Source: a virus
DNA length: 32,525 nucleotides
Strand: one strand, 5' to 3'
IMG/VR virus record: IMGVR_UViG_3300007516_000010
Location: 64,417 to 96,941 of that record
Shown in pieces: positions 17,673-26,325 of this stretch; position 1 is the first letter of the stretch; every line of letters begins with the position of its first letter. Position numbers and translations under genes: made by a program. The notes beneath the pieces were generated by a model. It searched no databases. It was not told the DNA's origin and saw nothing but the letters and a program-made list of their open reading frames with translations.

Positions 17673-17762
17673 GCAGAACGTTCAAAATCACCGTGACCCG
17701 GCGGATGATTTCCAATTTCAATAAACCGTAGTCCGGGTCTGCGGTGCATTTTATGGTTCTGC
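17673..17762 (-). mobile_element. attC-like site B
   Basis: Minus strand: GCAGAAC-CATAA-AATGCACCGCAGACCCGG...CCGGGTCACGGTGATT-TTGAAC-GTTCTGC; L'' one base longer than L', 90 bp. Confidence 0.85.
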
Positions 17763-17782
17763 TCTACGATGAGCGGCGAGAA

Positions 17783-18016
17783 TCATACGGAGTCAGTAAG
17801 ATGGCAATAAGCAGCATAAGCAGCCCGAGCATCTGCATTGGGCTTGATTTTGGTGGTGGAACACCAGGTCAAGAAACCGTCAATTGTTACGTAGGTCTTT
17901 ACGACGGAGTTAGGGTCATCGAGATTACGAAACCGCTCTTCGATGTACTCGACCCACTCATCGTATGTAAGCGTGAATTCTTCCGGGAATGCACGAACGA
18001 ACAATTTAACCACCAC
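17783..18016 (-). CDS. cassette-encoded hypothetical protein (possibly 5'-truncated)
   Basis: TYDEWVEYIEERF...VTIDGFLTWC...NADARAAYA looks protein-like; stop 20 nt before R'' of site B, the classic cassette layout. Confidence 0.6.
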   Translation of the reverse strand: MVVKLFVRAFPEEFTLTYDEWVEYIEERFRNLDDPNSVVKTYVTIDGFLTWCSTTKIKPNADARAAYAAYCHLTDSV

Positions 18017-18046
18017 AACGAGATATAACCAGGAAATGCAAAAGCA

Positions 18047-18214
18047 ATGCCCTACTGTAAGGAATGTAAAAGAGAGCTGGACTGCGAGGACACCAACGGT
18101 AGAGACCTAGAGACCATGGGCGGTCTATCTGTCGAATACTACGTGTGCGAAGAATGCAACATCCCCTACGAACTAATAGGGGACAACCTGTACAGAACAG
18201 ACGACCAATCATGA
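18047..18214 (+). CDS. small zinc-ribbon protein (55 aa, below ORF-track cutoff)
   Basis: MPYCKECKRELD...YYVCEECNIPY; AGGA upstream. Confidence 0.7.
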   Translation: MPYCKECKRELDCEDTNGRDLETMGGLSVEYYVCEECNIPYELIGDNLYRTDDQS

Positions 18215-18315
18215 GTTTCAGAGAACTAATGAAATTCGCAGCAATATTAACGGATAATCGCTCAGTATTTGCGAGCTTTCCGCTTATTGCCGTGTAACTC
18301 TTTTAGGAACCAAAC

Positions 18316-18633
18316 ATGCCGACTACGGCACACACTCAATTTCTGGGCGGAGTACCGTGCAACGTCCCCAACCGTACTGACGATGTCGTTACGGGAAGCC
18401 CGCACTGGTACGTCTCCTACAACAACTACGATCAGGCGGTCTACGGCTCAGACACCACTGCGCTTGTGTTGGGACAAGTTGAATACATTCTCATCTTAAA
18501 CGGCGACCACCGGGACGGGCTGCGGGCCTGTATCACAGTTAAAGACCTCGCCACCTCTCGCCTTAATCGTTGCCTAGCGTACGTACGCGAGCACAAAGCG
18601 GAACTTAATTTCCGCAGCAATCCGATCATCTAA
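18316..18633 (+). CDS. phage hypothetical protein
   Basis: AGGA RBS; WYVSYN..YGSDTTALV...ILNGDHR. Confidence 0.8.
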   Translation: MPTTAHTQFLGGVPCNVPNRTDDVVTGSPHWYVSYNNYDQAVYGSDTTALVLGQVEYILILNGDHRDGLRACITVKDLATSRLNRCLAYVREHKAELNFRSNPII

Positions 18634-18733
18634 AACAAAAGCGGAGCGGATTTCGTCGAATGTGCATTCGGCGGCTGAGCGTATTCGAACTGGGTATTAC
18701 CCCGATAGCTTTTAACTCTTACCAAGGAAGACC

Positions 18734-19660
18734 ATGAATTACTACCTAATCACACTTTCGTGTGAATGTCCCGGGTATACCAGCCACCACCGGTTGCAGT
18801 TCGTTATTACAGAGCATGTGACGAGCACGGCTTCTGGCTTGCTTTCCAACCTATGCGACACACTTACCGACACAAGCGTCAATCCGTATGTTGAATTGTC
18901 TTTTGTCAGACTACCTCCAACACACGTCAGAATGTTTAGCAGCTACAGCATTGATCAGCTCGAAAAAGTCACAGCCGAGATATCTGTGGCAATTATTGCC
19001 TACACCAACAGGCTGCTTCGGTCAGGCTTTACGCTTGCGGCCGCTCCGCGGCCGGAGGCATCGCCGGAGGCATCGCCAGACAAGGCAGGCAAGACGACGC
19101 TGCGGAACACGGTTTTGGCGATGCTGTTAGCCACCGAAGATAGCGATATCAATTATCAAGAAGCCGCGAGTCTTCGCACAGTTATCGGCGGTGAGCCGCT
19201 ATATCAATTTAGGCATGCTGACGGCGAGACTAGTTACGCGGCGATGCAAGACGTGCTGGAGGTCGGCAATCCGCGAAACGAAAGCGACGATGACGAAGAT
19301 GCGGGGTACATCGGCTTAGTTCCGCCCGTTGTCGGCATCGACATGTCCGGAGGGCTGGTGACTTCGGTATGGGTTGACGGTTCCCCTGAAAGCAAGTATT
19401 TCGTTAACGACTCCGACGACTGGGCGGAGGTCAACTGGGACATCATTGACTGGGACGCCATTGACTGGGACACAGAGGTAGCCGCGGCCGTCACCGATCA
19501 GGTCGAACGCGTGGTCGAATACCTGCGGGCCTGGCGAAAAGGAGAAATGAGTTCGGAATTATTGTTTTGGCTGATCGACGCGGCCCCGACCGAATTAGTT
19601 GATCTTGTTTCGCACGCGATTATCACCATCCAAAATTGCGACACGGTGTCCGATAAATAG
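18734..19660 (+). CDS. hypothetical acidic protein
   Basis: 308-aa ORF after AAGGA; repeated D/W motif VNWDIIDWDAIDWD. Confidence 0.7.
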   Translation: MNYYLITLSCECPGYTSHHRLQFVITEHVTSTASGLLSNLCDTLTDTSVNPYVELSFVRLPPTHVRMFSSYSIDQLEKVTAEISVAIIAYTNRLLRSGFTLAAAPRPEASPEASPDKAGKTTLRNTVLAMLLATEDSDINYQEAASLRTVIGGEPLYQFRHADGETSYAAMQDVLEVGNPRNESDDDEDAGYIGLVPPVVGIDMSGGLVTSVWVDGSPESKYFVNDSDDWAEVNWDIIDWDAIDWDTEVAAAVTDQVERVVEYLRAWRKGEMSSELLFWLIDAAPTELVDLVSHAIITIQNCDTVSDK

Positions 19661-19722
19661 GCGACGCTAGGGGATGCGAGGCTAAGCTGCTACTATCTGG
19701 AACAGCTCGACGACAATGCGTC

Positions 19723-19752
19723 GTCGGCGACAAAATCGATTTTGTCGGCGAC
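19723..19752. repeat. dispersed palindrome copy 5
   Basis: Core 19728-19747 perfect, arms GTCGGCGAC; at the boundary between accessory and virion/RNAP regions. Confidence 0.95.
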
Positions 19753-19821
19753 CGTACCCACGGTCGCCTGTTCGGGACAACTGCGTCCGCCTTCAATTTT
19801 TTTAGCCCCTGGAGCTCCGGC

Positions 19822-20391
19822 ATGTCTGTTGACCCCGCTCTTCTCGCAAAAGTACGCCAGGCCCTCAATAAGCAGGCGGTCGCTTCACCTGCCGACTTTG
19901 GAGGGGCTCCACCGATGCCTCCCACAACGGGGATGATGCCTCCAGGAGCCGCTCCTCCGGGCATGGACCCAGCGATGGCTGGCGGTGCTCCGCCTGTCGA
20001 TCCTGCTACCGGGCAACCGATGGACCCCGCAATGATGGACCCAGCGATGGCTGGCGGTGCTCCGCCTGTCGATCCTGCCGCGATGGAACCTGATCCGTTG
20101 TTGGAGATGATTAAGCAGATGGCCAAGGACGTGGCTCAGACCAAGGCACTGATGGCGACGGTTGTCGACCAGCTCGGCATTAAGGTTCCGACCAAGGACA
20201 TTCTTGCTAGCGGCGAAGACGCTGTCGCAGAGGCTTCGATGGGGTCGGCCAAGGCGGCTGGTTACATTGACGCGGATTCTGACGGTGAGGCGGTCGTTTT
20301 ACCGCCTGATGCAGTGGACGCCACGCAGAAGAAACTTTCGCTGGACGCTTCGTGCCAGTACGCCGCGATGGTGTTTGCTCGCAAAGGGTAG
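19822..20391 (+). CDS. Pro/Gly/Met-rich protein, putative head-associated
   Basis: GGAG RBS; MDPAMAGGAPPVDPA repeats; KQA and KAA motifs. Confidence 0.8.
   Translation: MSVDPALLAKVRQALNKQAVASPADFGGAPPMPPTTGMMPPGAAPPGMDPAMAGGAPPVDPATGQPMDPAMMDPAMAGGAPPVDPAAMEPDPLLEMIKQMAKDVAQTKALMATVVDQLGIKVPTKDILASGEDAVAEASMGSAKAAGYIDADSDGEAVVLPPDAVDATQKKLSLDASCQYAAMVFARKG
19963..20078 (+). repeat. 44-bp intragenic direct repeat (19963-20006, 20035-20078)
   Basis: ATGGACCCAGCGATGGCTGGCGGTGCTCCGCCTGTCGATCCTGC twice, 72 bp apart. Confidence 0.9.
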
Positions 20392-20393
20392 TC

Positions 20394-20639
20394 GTGATTC
20401 CTAATCGTCCTACGTTATCCGCTACTGCTCATTCACTTGGGGCGACCGGCCCCGAAGTCTTGCGGGGCGATGTCTTGGTGGTTCGTAACACCTTCAACGT
20501 GCCGATCGCGATCTTCGTGATGTTGGGACCGCAGCTTCACCAGATGTACTCGATCTGCCATGATCCGCAGGAATTCCAGTCGGCTTTGCGTCAGCATGGA
20601 ATTGAATCCGGCGCAATCGTTGAACCCATGAAAATCTAG
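20394..20639 (+). CDS. hypothetical protein
   Basis: In-frame GTG 20394 fills the gap before the RNAP gene. Confidence 0.65.
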   Translation: MIPNRPTLSATAHSLGATGPEVLRGDVLVVRNTFNVPIAIFVMLGPQLHQMYSICHDPQEFQSALRQHGIESGAIVEPMKI

Positions 20640-20649
20640 AGGAACACTG

Positions 20650-22545
20650 ATGTCTGATCTTACCATTGGCCAGCACATGCTGTCGGCTATGCTTCCGCCG
20701 GACGCTTATCGTCCTGGCCAGGTGATCGACAAGAAAAGCATCAGCCAGATCTTTGGCGACTTAGCGGCCAATCATGCGGACGATTACAAAGAGATATCCC
20801 ACCAGGCGATGTTGTTCGGGCGGGACTCGGCGAAGATGAGCGGCGGCGGGGCGTTCTCGATCCGCCACATGGCGACTCCCAAGCGGGCCCAGGCCAGGCG
20901 AGACGTCATTCGGCAAACGATTAGCGACATATTGCTGACAACTCCCGAAGCGGACCGCGACCAAGCGATTATCGACGTACTGGCCAAGGCTCAGTCGACG
21001 GACAAGGACGAGACGGTTGCCGAGGCAGAGGAAGAAGGTAATCCGTTTGCGACCATGCTCAAAGGAGCCGGCCGTGGAAACCCAGCTAGTATCGCTAGGC
21101 TGATCTCCAGCGACTTGATGTACGCTGACGCGTCTGGCCGCCCAATTGCTATCCCCGTACTTAACTCGTACAGCCGCGGGCTAACCCCGAGCGAATACGC
21201 CGCGTCGACGTTCGGTGTACGCAAGGGACTGGTCGACGCCAAGGTAGGAGTCGGCACGGGTGGCTACGCCGCTAAGCTGTTGCTTGCCGCGGCTCATCGC
21301 ATGGTTGTCACTGACAACGATGCTCCGCCAGAGCTGGAAATGCTTTCCGCCGGTCGTGGTTTACCTGTCGACGTCACCGACACTGACAACATCGGAGCTT
21401 TGCTGGCGGCCGACACGGGGCCGTACCCGCGTAACACTACGATCACGCCAAAGATTCTCGCCCACCTGCAGAAACTCAAGCACGACGAGATCCTTGTTCG
21501 CAGTCCACTAACGAGCGTCGATCCCGCCGGCGGTGTCTACGCCAGGGATGTCGGTTTCCGCGAACAGAACCGTTTACCAGCGATCGGCGAGTCGGTCGGG
21601 GTTACCGCTGCTGGGGCAATCTCAGAACCGGTCACGCAATCCCTGCTTAGCTCCAAGCACAAAGGCGGCCTCGCCGAGGCCCAGTCCGACGAGTTGACCG
21701 GGTTCGCTCTCATCGACCGGCTGATCAACACGCCCAAGGAGTTCCGCGAGGCGGGGACGCATACGGAAGTCGACGGCAAGGTCGAATCGATTAAGCCCGC
21801 TGAGCAGGGCGGCTCGTACGTCACCGTCGCCGGCCAGCAGTACTATGCTTCGCCCAACGCCAAAGTCACCGTCAACTTAGGCGACGACGTCGAAGCGGGC
21901 GACATGCTCACCGGCGGCACACCCAACCCGCGGATGGTAATTCGGCACAAGGGGCTAGGTGAAGGTGGGCGGCAGTTGGTCAAGTCGTTACACAAGGCGA
22001 TCGGCAAAGACGCTCACCGCAGGAACATCGAGTTGATTGTGCGTGGTTTGGTCGACCGAGTACGCGTGACTGAGGAGTTCGACGACTATGCACCTGAAGA
22101 CGTTGTCCCGTACAGCGAGGTGATGAGCAGGTGGCAACCGCGAGAGGGTTCCAGCGTGGATGGGCTGCACCGAATCCGCGGCAAGTACCTGGAGCAGCCT
22201 GTGCTGCATTATTCCGTTGGCACGCGAATTACGCCGTCGGTAACCAAGATGCTACAAAAGCACAACGTTCAGCAGATCACGACGCATAACTCGCCGCCGC
22301 CATTTGAGCCTGAAACGGTTCGGGCGACCGACGTGCTGCGAACCGATCAGGACTGGATGACGCGGCAGGTGGGAACAGGACTCCAGCGTGGATTACTTGA
22401 ATCGGCACACCGCGGACGAATTAGCGACGAGGATTCGACGAGTTTTGTGCCCGCGAGGGCTCACGCAGTAAACTTTGGGAGCGTCGGCAAAGTCCAGTTG
22501 TCGCCTCCCAAGCCATCCTCATTGCCCAACTTAGGCTATCAATAA
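20650..22545 (+). CDS. DNA-directed RNA polymerase beta' subunit, C-terminal half (phage-encoded, split)
   Basis: IDKKSISQ; NPFATMLKGAGRG; GLTPSEYAASTFGVRKGLVDAKVGVGTGGYAAKLL (bridge helix); VRSPLT; GESVGVTAAGAISEPVTQSLLSSKHKGG (trigger loop); HRRNIELIVR; no NADFDGD. Confidence 0.92.
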   Translation: MSDLTIGQHMLSAMLPPDAYRPGQVIDKKSISQIFGDLAANHADDYKEISHQAMLFGRDSAKMSGGGAFSIRHMATPKRAQARRDVIRQTISDILLTTPEADRDQAIIDVLAKAQSTDKDETVAEAEEEGNPFATMLKGAGRGNPASIARLISSDLMYADASGRPIAIPVLNSYSRGLTPSEYAASTFGVRKGLVDAKVGVGTGGYAAKLLLAAAHRMVVTDNDAPPELEMLSAGRGLPVDVTDTDNIGALLAADTGPYPRNTTITPKILAHLQKLKHDEILVRSPLTSVDPAGGVYARDVGFREQNRLPAIGESVGVTAAGAISEPVTQSLLSSKHKGGLAEAQSDELTGFALIDRLINTPKEFREAGTHTEVDGKVESIKPAEQGGSYVTVAGQQYYASPNAKVTVNLGDDVEAGDMLTGGTPNPRMVIRHKGLGEGGRQLVKSLHKAIGKDAHRRNIELIVRGLVDRVRVTEEFDDYAPEDVVPYSEVMSRWQPREGSSVDGLHRIRGKYLEQPVLHYSVGTRITPSVTKMLQKHNVQQITTHNSPPPFEPETVRATDVLRTDQDWMTRQVGTGLQRGLLESAHRGRISDEDSTSFVPARAHAVNFGSVGKVQLSPPKPSSLPNLGYQ

Positions 22546-22578
22546 ATTGGCCCACGCTCGCTACCAGGAACTGCTGTA

Positions 22579-24942
22579 ATGTCGCTGCCTTTGTCCACCC
22601 AGGCAAGTCTTAACCTTGCCCAAGATGCCTACAAGAAAGCATCTGTTCGGTTTCTCTCTGAGCCGCAGCGATGGGAAACAGCTCGTCAGCTGATCAAGAC
22701 TGCTGACTTCGGTGAGAACAGCAACCCACAATTTGAGAAGGCGTTCGGCGCGATCGCTTTCACTTACCTCCAAGAGAAAGCCCCTGGGCTGCTACCGTAC
22801 GTAGTCGGCTTTCAGCTGATTGACCGCTCGGAGCAGGGCCGCAAAGCGATCGGGGCGTTTACCGCCAAGCTCGGTAACCGTGTTATCGACATTCCGATGT
22901 TCTTCATCAACGGAGAACTCAAGGGCCACCAGTTTATGCGGCTGCGAAAGCCCGAACTGTTTATCCCGTTACGGGAAGCCTTCCTGGACTTCTTGTTCAG
23001 TAAGCTGCCGCAGGATCTCGGGGACGCCTCGGGTTCGTTGTCGGTACCTAGTCCGGTGCGAGCGACGCCCAACATTCAGCCATTCTCCGGCAGCCGCTTC
23101 AACAAGAACAGCGAAGATATCGACCATGCACATCCCTGGGCGATCGAAGCCGGGACGTTCGAGGCTTATGCGGACATGCGGCTGTCGTTGCGGACGCTCA
23201 AAGTAGGTAGCGAACTCAAGCATGGCCGACCGCTTCCAGGCGTCAACTTGCTAGAGATCATTGGCGAGTCCGAAGAGCTGCTCAAGACGGCAGCTAGGAT
23301 GGCCGATCAGTATCCTGAATTCGCTGCTGGCATGTCGCGTCGTCACGGCGATGACTGGATGCATAAAGCTGCTTCGGCGATTGTCGCGTCACGTGTCGCA
23401 CCGCTGCCGGCGATTTCGCTTCCTTTAGCCCCTGGGGCTCCGCGAATCGCCGTGGGAGCGAAGCTAGCTATCGATCGGCTGTTCTACCGCGACAAGGTTG
23501 CCACGATGGCGACACCGGAGCGTAAAGAGGCGATGCGAGCAGAGATCGATCGGTTCGGCTTCTTTGTGGATGACCACCGTTCGGCGGACAAGATTGCGGC
23601 AGCTTACGAGATCGAAGACCAGAAGCTGCGAATTGAGCCACCTAACTTGCCGGGCGTGTACCGCGTAGCGTTTGCAGGCGATGAGGTCAAAGAAGCGATC
23701 ATTTTCCCCAGTCAGTACCGCATTGACGACGACAAAGACCTGATCATTGAGACGGGTAAGAAGCGGTTCGCCTTTGGTGAGCGAAACAGTTACATCGTCA
23801 GCCACATCGACAGCACCGAAGCGAACCGCGAAAGCAAGCTGGATAAACTGCTGACCGGCAAGAAGCGACCCAGCGAGAACGAAGCATTCCTTGTGTTGCT
23901 ACCGCAGCACCGTATCGCTGGGCCCTTTGTCGTCAGCGAGAAGCTCGGCAAGGATCGTTACCGGGTATCGTCCTTGTGCGACTGCGGGTCGATGCGAATC
24001 AACGAGATTGAGTTTCGTGATACACAGCGGCTTGGCGGGCATATCGTCGACGGTATTCTGATTGTCCCCAAGACAGCCAAAGTGTTATCGCTAGGTTCGC
24101 TCAAAGCGGATGAAGACGGCTATGTAGGCTACGCCGAGCGGGAAAACCTGCATGTCGAGTTGTTGTCCAGCAGTCGTATCGAGCTTGGCAACTTGAGCAA
24201 GTACGCCAATCTTGAGCTGCTTGTGAAGAGCGGTGGTCAGGTTGATCTCAACGGCAAGCGGATGAAGCTATCGCACGCACGCAAGGTGCTACTGCAGCAG
24301 TGCGGTATGGCTAAGGATGCGGTAGACGCTCTTTTAGAGTCTCCGCGACCGATGCGTAGGTTCATCGTCGCCAAGCTCGGTAGCGAGCCATCGCTAGCAT
24401 TTGAGAAATTTGCCGCTCCGTATTTCACCCCTGCGGTTGATTTTCCTCAAGAGGACCAGGGCTATTCCAGCGAGAGCGGTCGCTACACGATCGAGAACCC
24501 GCAGACGCAGTATAGCTCGGCCGAGCCCGAACAACGGTTCCAGCCGACGCCGGTAAACGAAGATGTCCCCGGCCAGATGCCAGGCACGGTTAGCGGGACG
24601 AACGGCGGTTCAAACTCCGGCATGGTTTCGCAGAACGAGACCGCTTCGCTGTTTGACACTTCTGGGCTGGTTTCGCTCGTCCGTAACAGCCGTATCGACA
24701 GCCAGATTCGCAAGACGACTCAGTCGCTTCTGCGTGCGATCGACGAGCTAGGTACGGCTCTGTTTGTGTTCTACGCCCATAACGACGAATTCGAGTCGAT
24801 GTATGGCGAAGAAGCGATGGAGGATCTGGAATCGGCCATGATCAGTACTTTCGAGGGCGGTGGCGACCTGTTCATCACGTTGTCTCGCCGCTCCGCCGAT
24901 CCACACCCTGAACTCGACATTGCGGACCTTCCGCACCAATAA
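22579..24942 (+). CDS. large hypothetical protein, putative virion/head-associated
   Basis: 787 aa; recurring K-x-[A/G/S] motifs; adjacent to RNAP subunit. Confidence 0.8.
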   Translation: MSLPLSTQASLNLAQDAYKKASVRFLSEPQRWETARQLIKTADFGENSNPQFEKAFGAIAFTYLQEKAPGLLPYVVGFQLIDRSEQGRKAIGAFTAKLGNRVIDIPMFFINGELKGHQFMRLRKPELFIPLREAFLDFLFSKLPQDLGDASGSLSVPSPVRATPNIQPFSGSRFNKNSEDIDHAHPWAIEAGTFEAYADMRLSLRTLKVGSELKHGRPLPGVNLLEIIGESEELLKTAARMADQYPEFAAGMSRRHGDDWMHKAASAIVASRVAPLPAISLPLAPGAPRIAVGAKLAIDRLFYRDKVATMATPERKEAMRAEIDRFGFFVDDHRSADKIAAAYEIEDQKLRIEPPNLPGVYRVAFAGDEVKEAIIFPSQYRIDDDKDLIIETGKKRFAFGERNSYIVSHIDSTEANRESKLDKLLTGKKRPSENEAFLVLLPQHRIAGPFVVSEKLGKDRYRVSSLCDCGSMRINEIEFRDTQRLGGHIVDGILIVPKTAKVLSLGSLKADEDGYVGYAERENLHVELLSSSRIELGNLSKYANLELLVKSGGQVDLNGKRMKLSHARKVLLQQCGMAKDAVDALLESPRPMRRFIVAKLGSEPSLAFEKFAAPYFTPAVDFPQEDQGYSSESGRYTIENPQTQYSSAEPEQRFQPTPVNEDVPGQMPGTVSGTNGGSNSGMVSQNETASLFDTSGLVSLVRNSRIDSQIRKTTQSLLRAIDELGTALFVFYAHNDEFESMYGEEAMEDLESAMISTFEGGGDLFITLSRRSADPHPELDIADLPHQ

Positions 24943-24950
24943 GGACTATC

Positions 24951-25316
24951 ATGGCTTTTAGCTCTGCAACCTACGTTCCAGGCGACGCCTGGACCACGCC
25001 AGACTTCCTCGGCAGGGCGTTAACGCCGCCCAAGCTGGTTGTCGCCGCGGCGGCTGCCAACGCCACGACGCCTCCAAGTTACTTCGAGTACCGGCAGCGT
25101 GCCGGTAACAACGATCCTTTTGTCTCCATTTCAGTTTCGGCTGCAGGCGGCTTCTCGGTCGTTTTGGAGCGATCCTTTGACGCCGGGGCGACTTGGGGGC
25201 TGTTAGCGACTTACGCCGCTAACACCGAGACCACACTGGAGCCAGGCGGCCTATTTATGTTACGGTTACGAGTCGTCTCGGGCACTGGCGTCTACTTAGC
25301 CCTGCGGCAAGGCTAA
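24951..25316 (+). CDS. small beta-rich putative structural protein
   Basis: AAGGA RBS; VVLERSFDAGATW (Asp-box-like). Confidence 0.75.
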   Translation: MAFSSATYVPGDAWTTPDFLGRALTPPKLVVAAAAANATTPPSYFEYRQRAGNNDPFVSISVSAAGGFSVVLERSFDAGATWGLLATYAANTETTLEPGGLFMLRLRVVSGTGVYLALRQG

Positions 25317-25375
25317 GTTCTTTGTCGCTTACAGCTGTCAGCGACTAATGGCGAAAAATTCTAGGGACTTACGAC

Positions 25376-26320
25376 ATGAAGACCGACACTCGCGGGGCGG
25401 TCGAACTGCCCATCTCCCGCGGTTTCGAGCGTATAGCCGAGGTACGGTTAGCCACGGTTCACTTCAATCCATGCGGGTATAAACGCTTGCGGGATACCTA
25501 CTACGAGTGGTTACCAACGCTCGGTCCGCTTGCTCCTGCGGTGAAGTGCTACGAGTTGGTGTTTGACGACGACCAACCAGAGATTGAGGGATCGACAGTG
25601 CTCCGCGGTACCAGGCGAGAACACCTGATGTTCCAAAAAGAGCCGCTGGTCAACATCGCTCTGCGAAACTGCGGGCCGGAGGTTAAGTACTTCGCTTGGT
25701 TGGACCACGACTTCGTCAACGCTGATCCTGACTGGCTGGCCAAAGGCGTCGCTAAAATTGACGGCGGCGCGCTTGCGGTGCAGTTGCTCTCTCGTGCGGT
25801 CTGGCTCACCCGTGACCGTCGTCCGAGTGATATAGCCGTCGGCGCTGTTAAACGGTGGAAGACATCGGCTGATTGCAACGGCAATCCAGGTGCACTGTGG
25901 TTAGCGTCGCGAACGTATCTGGACATGATCGGTGGACTTAGCTGCGACAACATCGTAGGCGGCGGCGATCAGAACTGGATCGATGCCGCGGTAGGACGTT
26001 ACGGCTACCATCTGCAGCGGTACAGTGAGCCACTGAGGCAGACGATGCGTGAGCGGATTCGCACCGCGGCAGGGTTACGCGGCGGGCGAACTGCAGACTA
26101 CTTAGAGACGGACGCATACCATCTCTGGCACGGCGAGTTCAGCGACCGAAAGTACAACGAACGTAACGCGATTCTTCGGGATTATGATCTCCGACCAGGC
26201 CGCGACTTGCGAATCGACCTGCAAGGTCTACAGAGCTGGAGCGGACAGGAACATCCAGGATTGCGGCAGGCAGTCGCGGAATACTTTGAGCAGCGGCGGG
26301 AAGACGGTGATGAGACATAG
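25376..26320 (+). CDS. glycosyltransferase-like (GT-A fold) protein
   Basis: FNPCGY, FQKEPLVNIA, YFAWLDHD (DxD), VGGGD, YHLWHG. Confidence 0.7.
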   Translation: MKTDTRGAVELPISRGFERIAEVRLATVHFNPCGYKRLRDTYYEWLPTLGPLAPAVKCYELVFDDDQPEIEGSTVLRGTRREHLMFQKEPLVNIALRNCGPEVKYFAWLDHDFVNADPDWLAKGVAKIDGGALAVQLLSRAVWLTRDRRPSDIAVGAVKRWKTSADCNGNPGALWLASRTYLDMIGGLSCDNIVGGGDQNWIDAAVGRYGYHLQRYSEPLRQTMRERIRTAAGLRGGRTADYLETDAYHLWHGEFSDRKYNERNAILRDYDLRPGRDLRIDLQGLQSWSGQEHPGLRQAVAEYFEQRREDGDET

Positions 26321-26325
26321 CGTGC

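Noticed and set aside
17705-17762. TAG recoding, suggested by MISNFNKP*SGSAVHF in attC site B
   Set aside because: Several well-formed genes end naturally at TAG (e.g. 11577, 20391, 27309) and long genes are uninterrupted under the standard code.
18006-18212. Minus-strand 68-aa ORF as a cassette gene
   Set aside because: It is the shadow of the more convincing + strand CxxC...CxxC ORF 18047-18214.
18211-18260. GTTTCAGAGAAC as an attI or fifth attC site
   Set aside because: There is no partner arm or L box, and it lies at the junction of + strand ORFs (zinc-ribbon gene ends at 18214).
20650-22545. Host rpoC, implying a bacterial chromosome
   Set aside because: It is half-length and highly divergent, has no rpoB or ribosomal protein neighbours, and is surrounded by phage-type genes.
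25321-25347. TTTGTCGC half-site of the palindrome after stop 25316
   Set aside because: Only an 8-nt match with no core symmetry; not counted as a copy.
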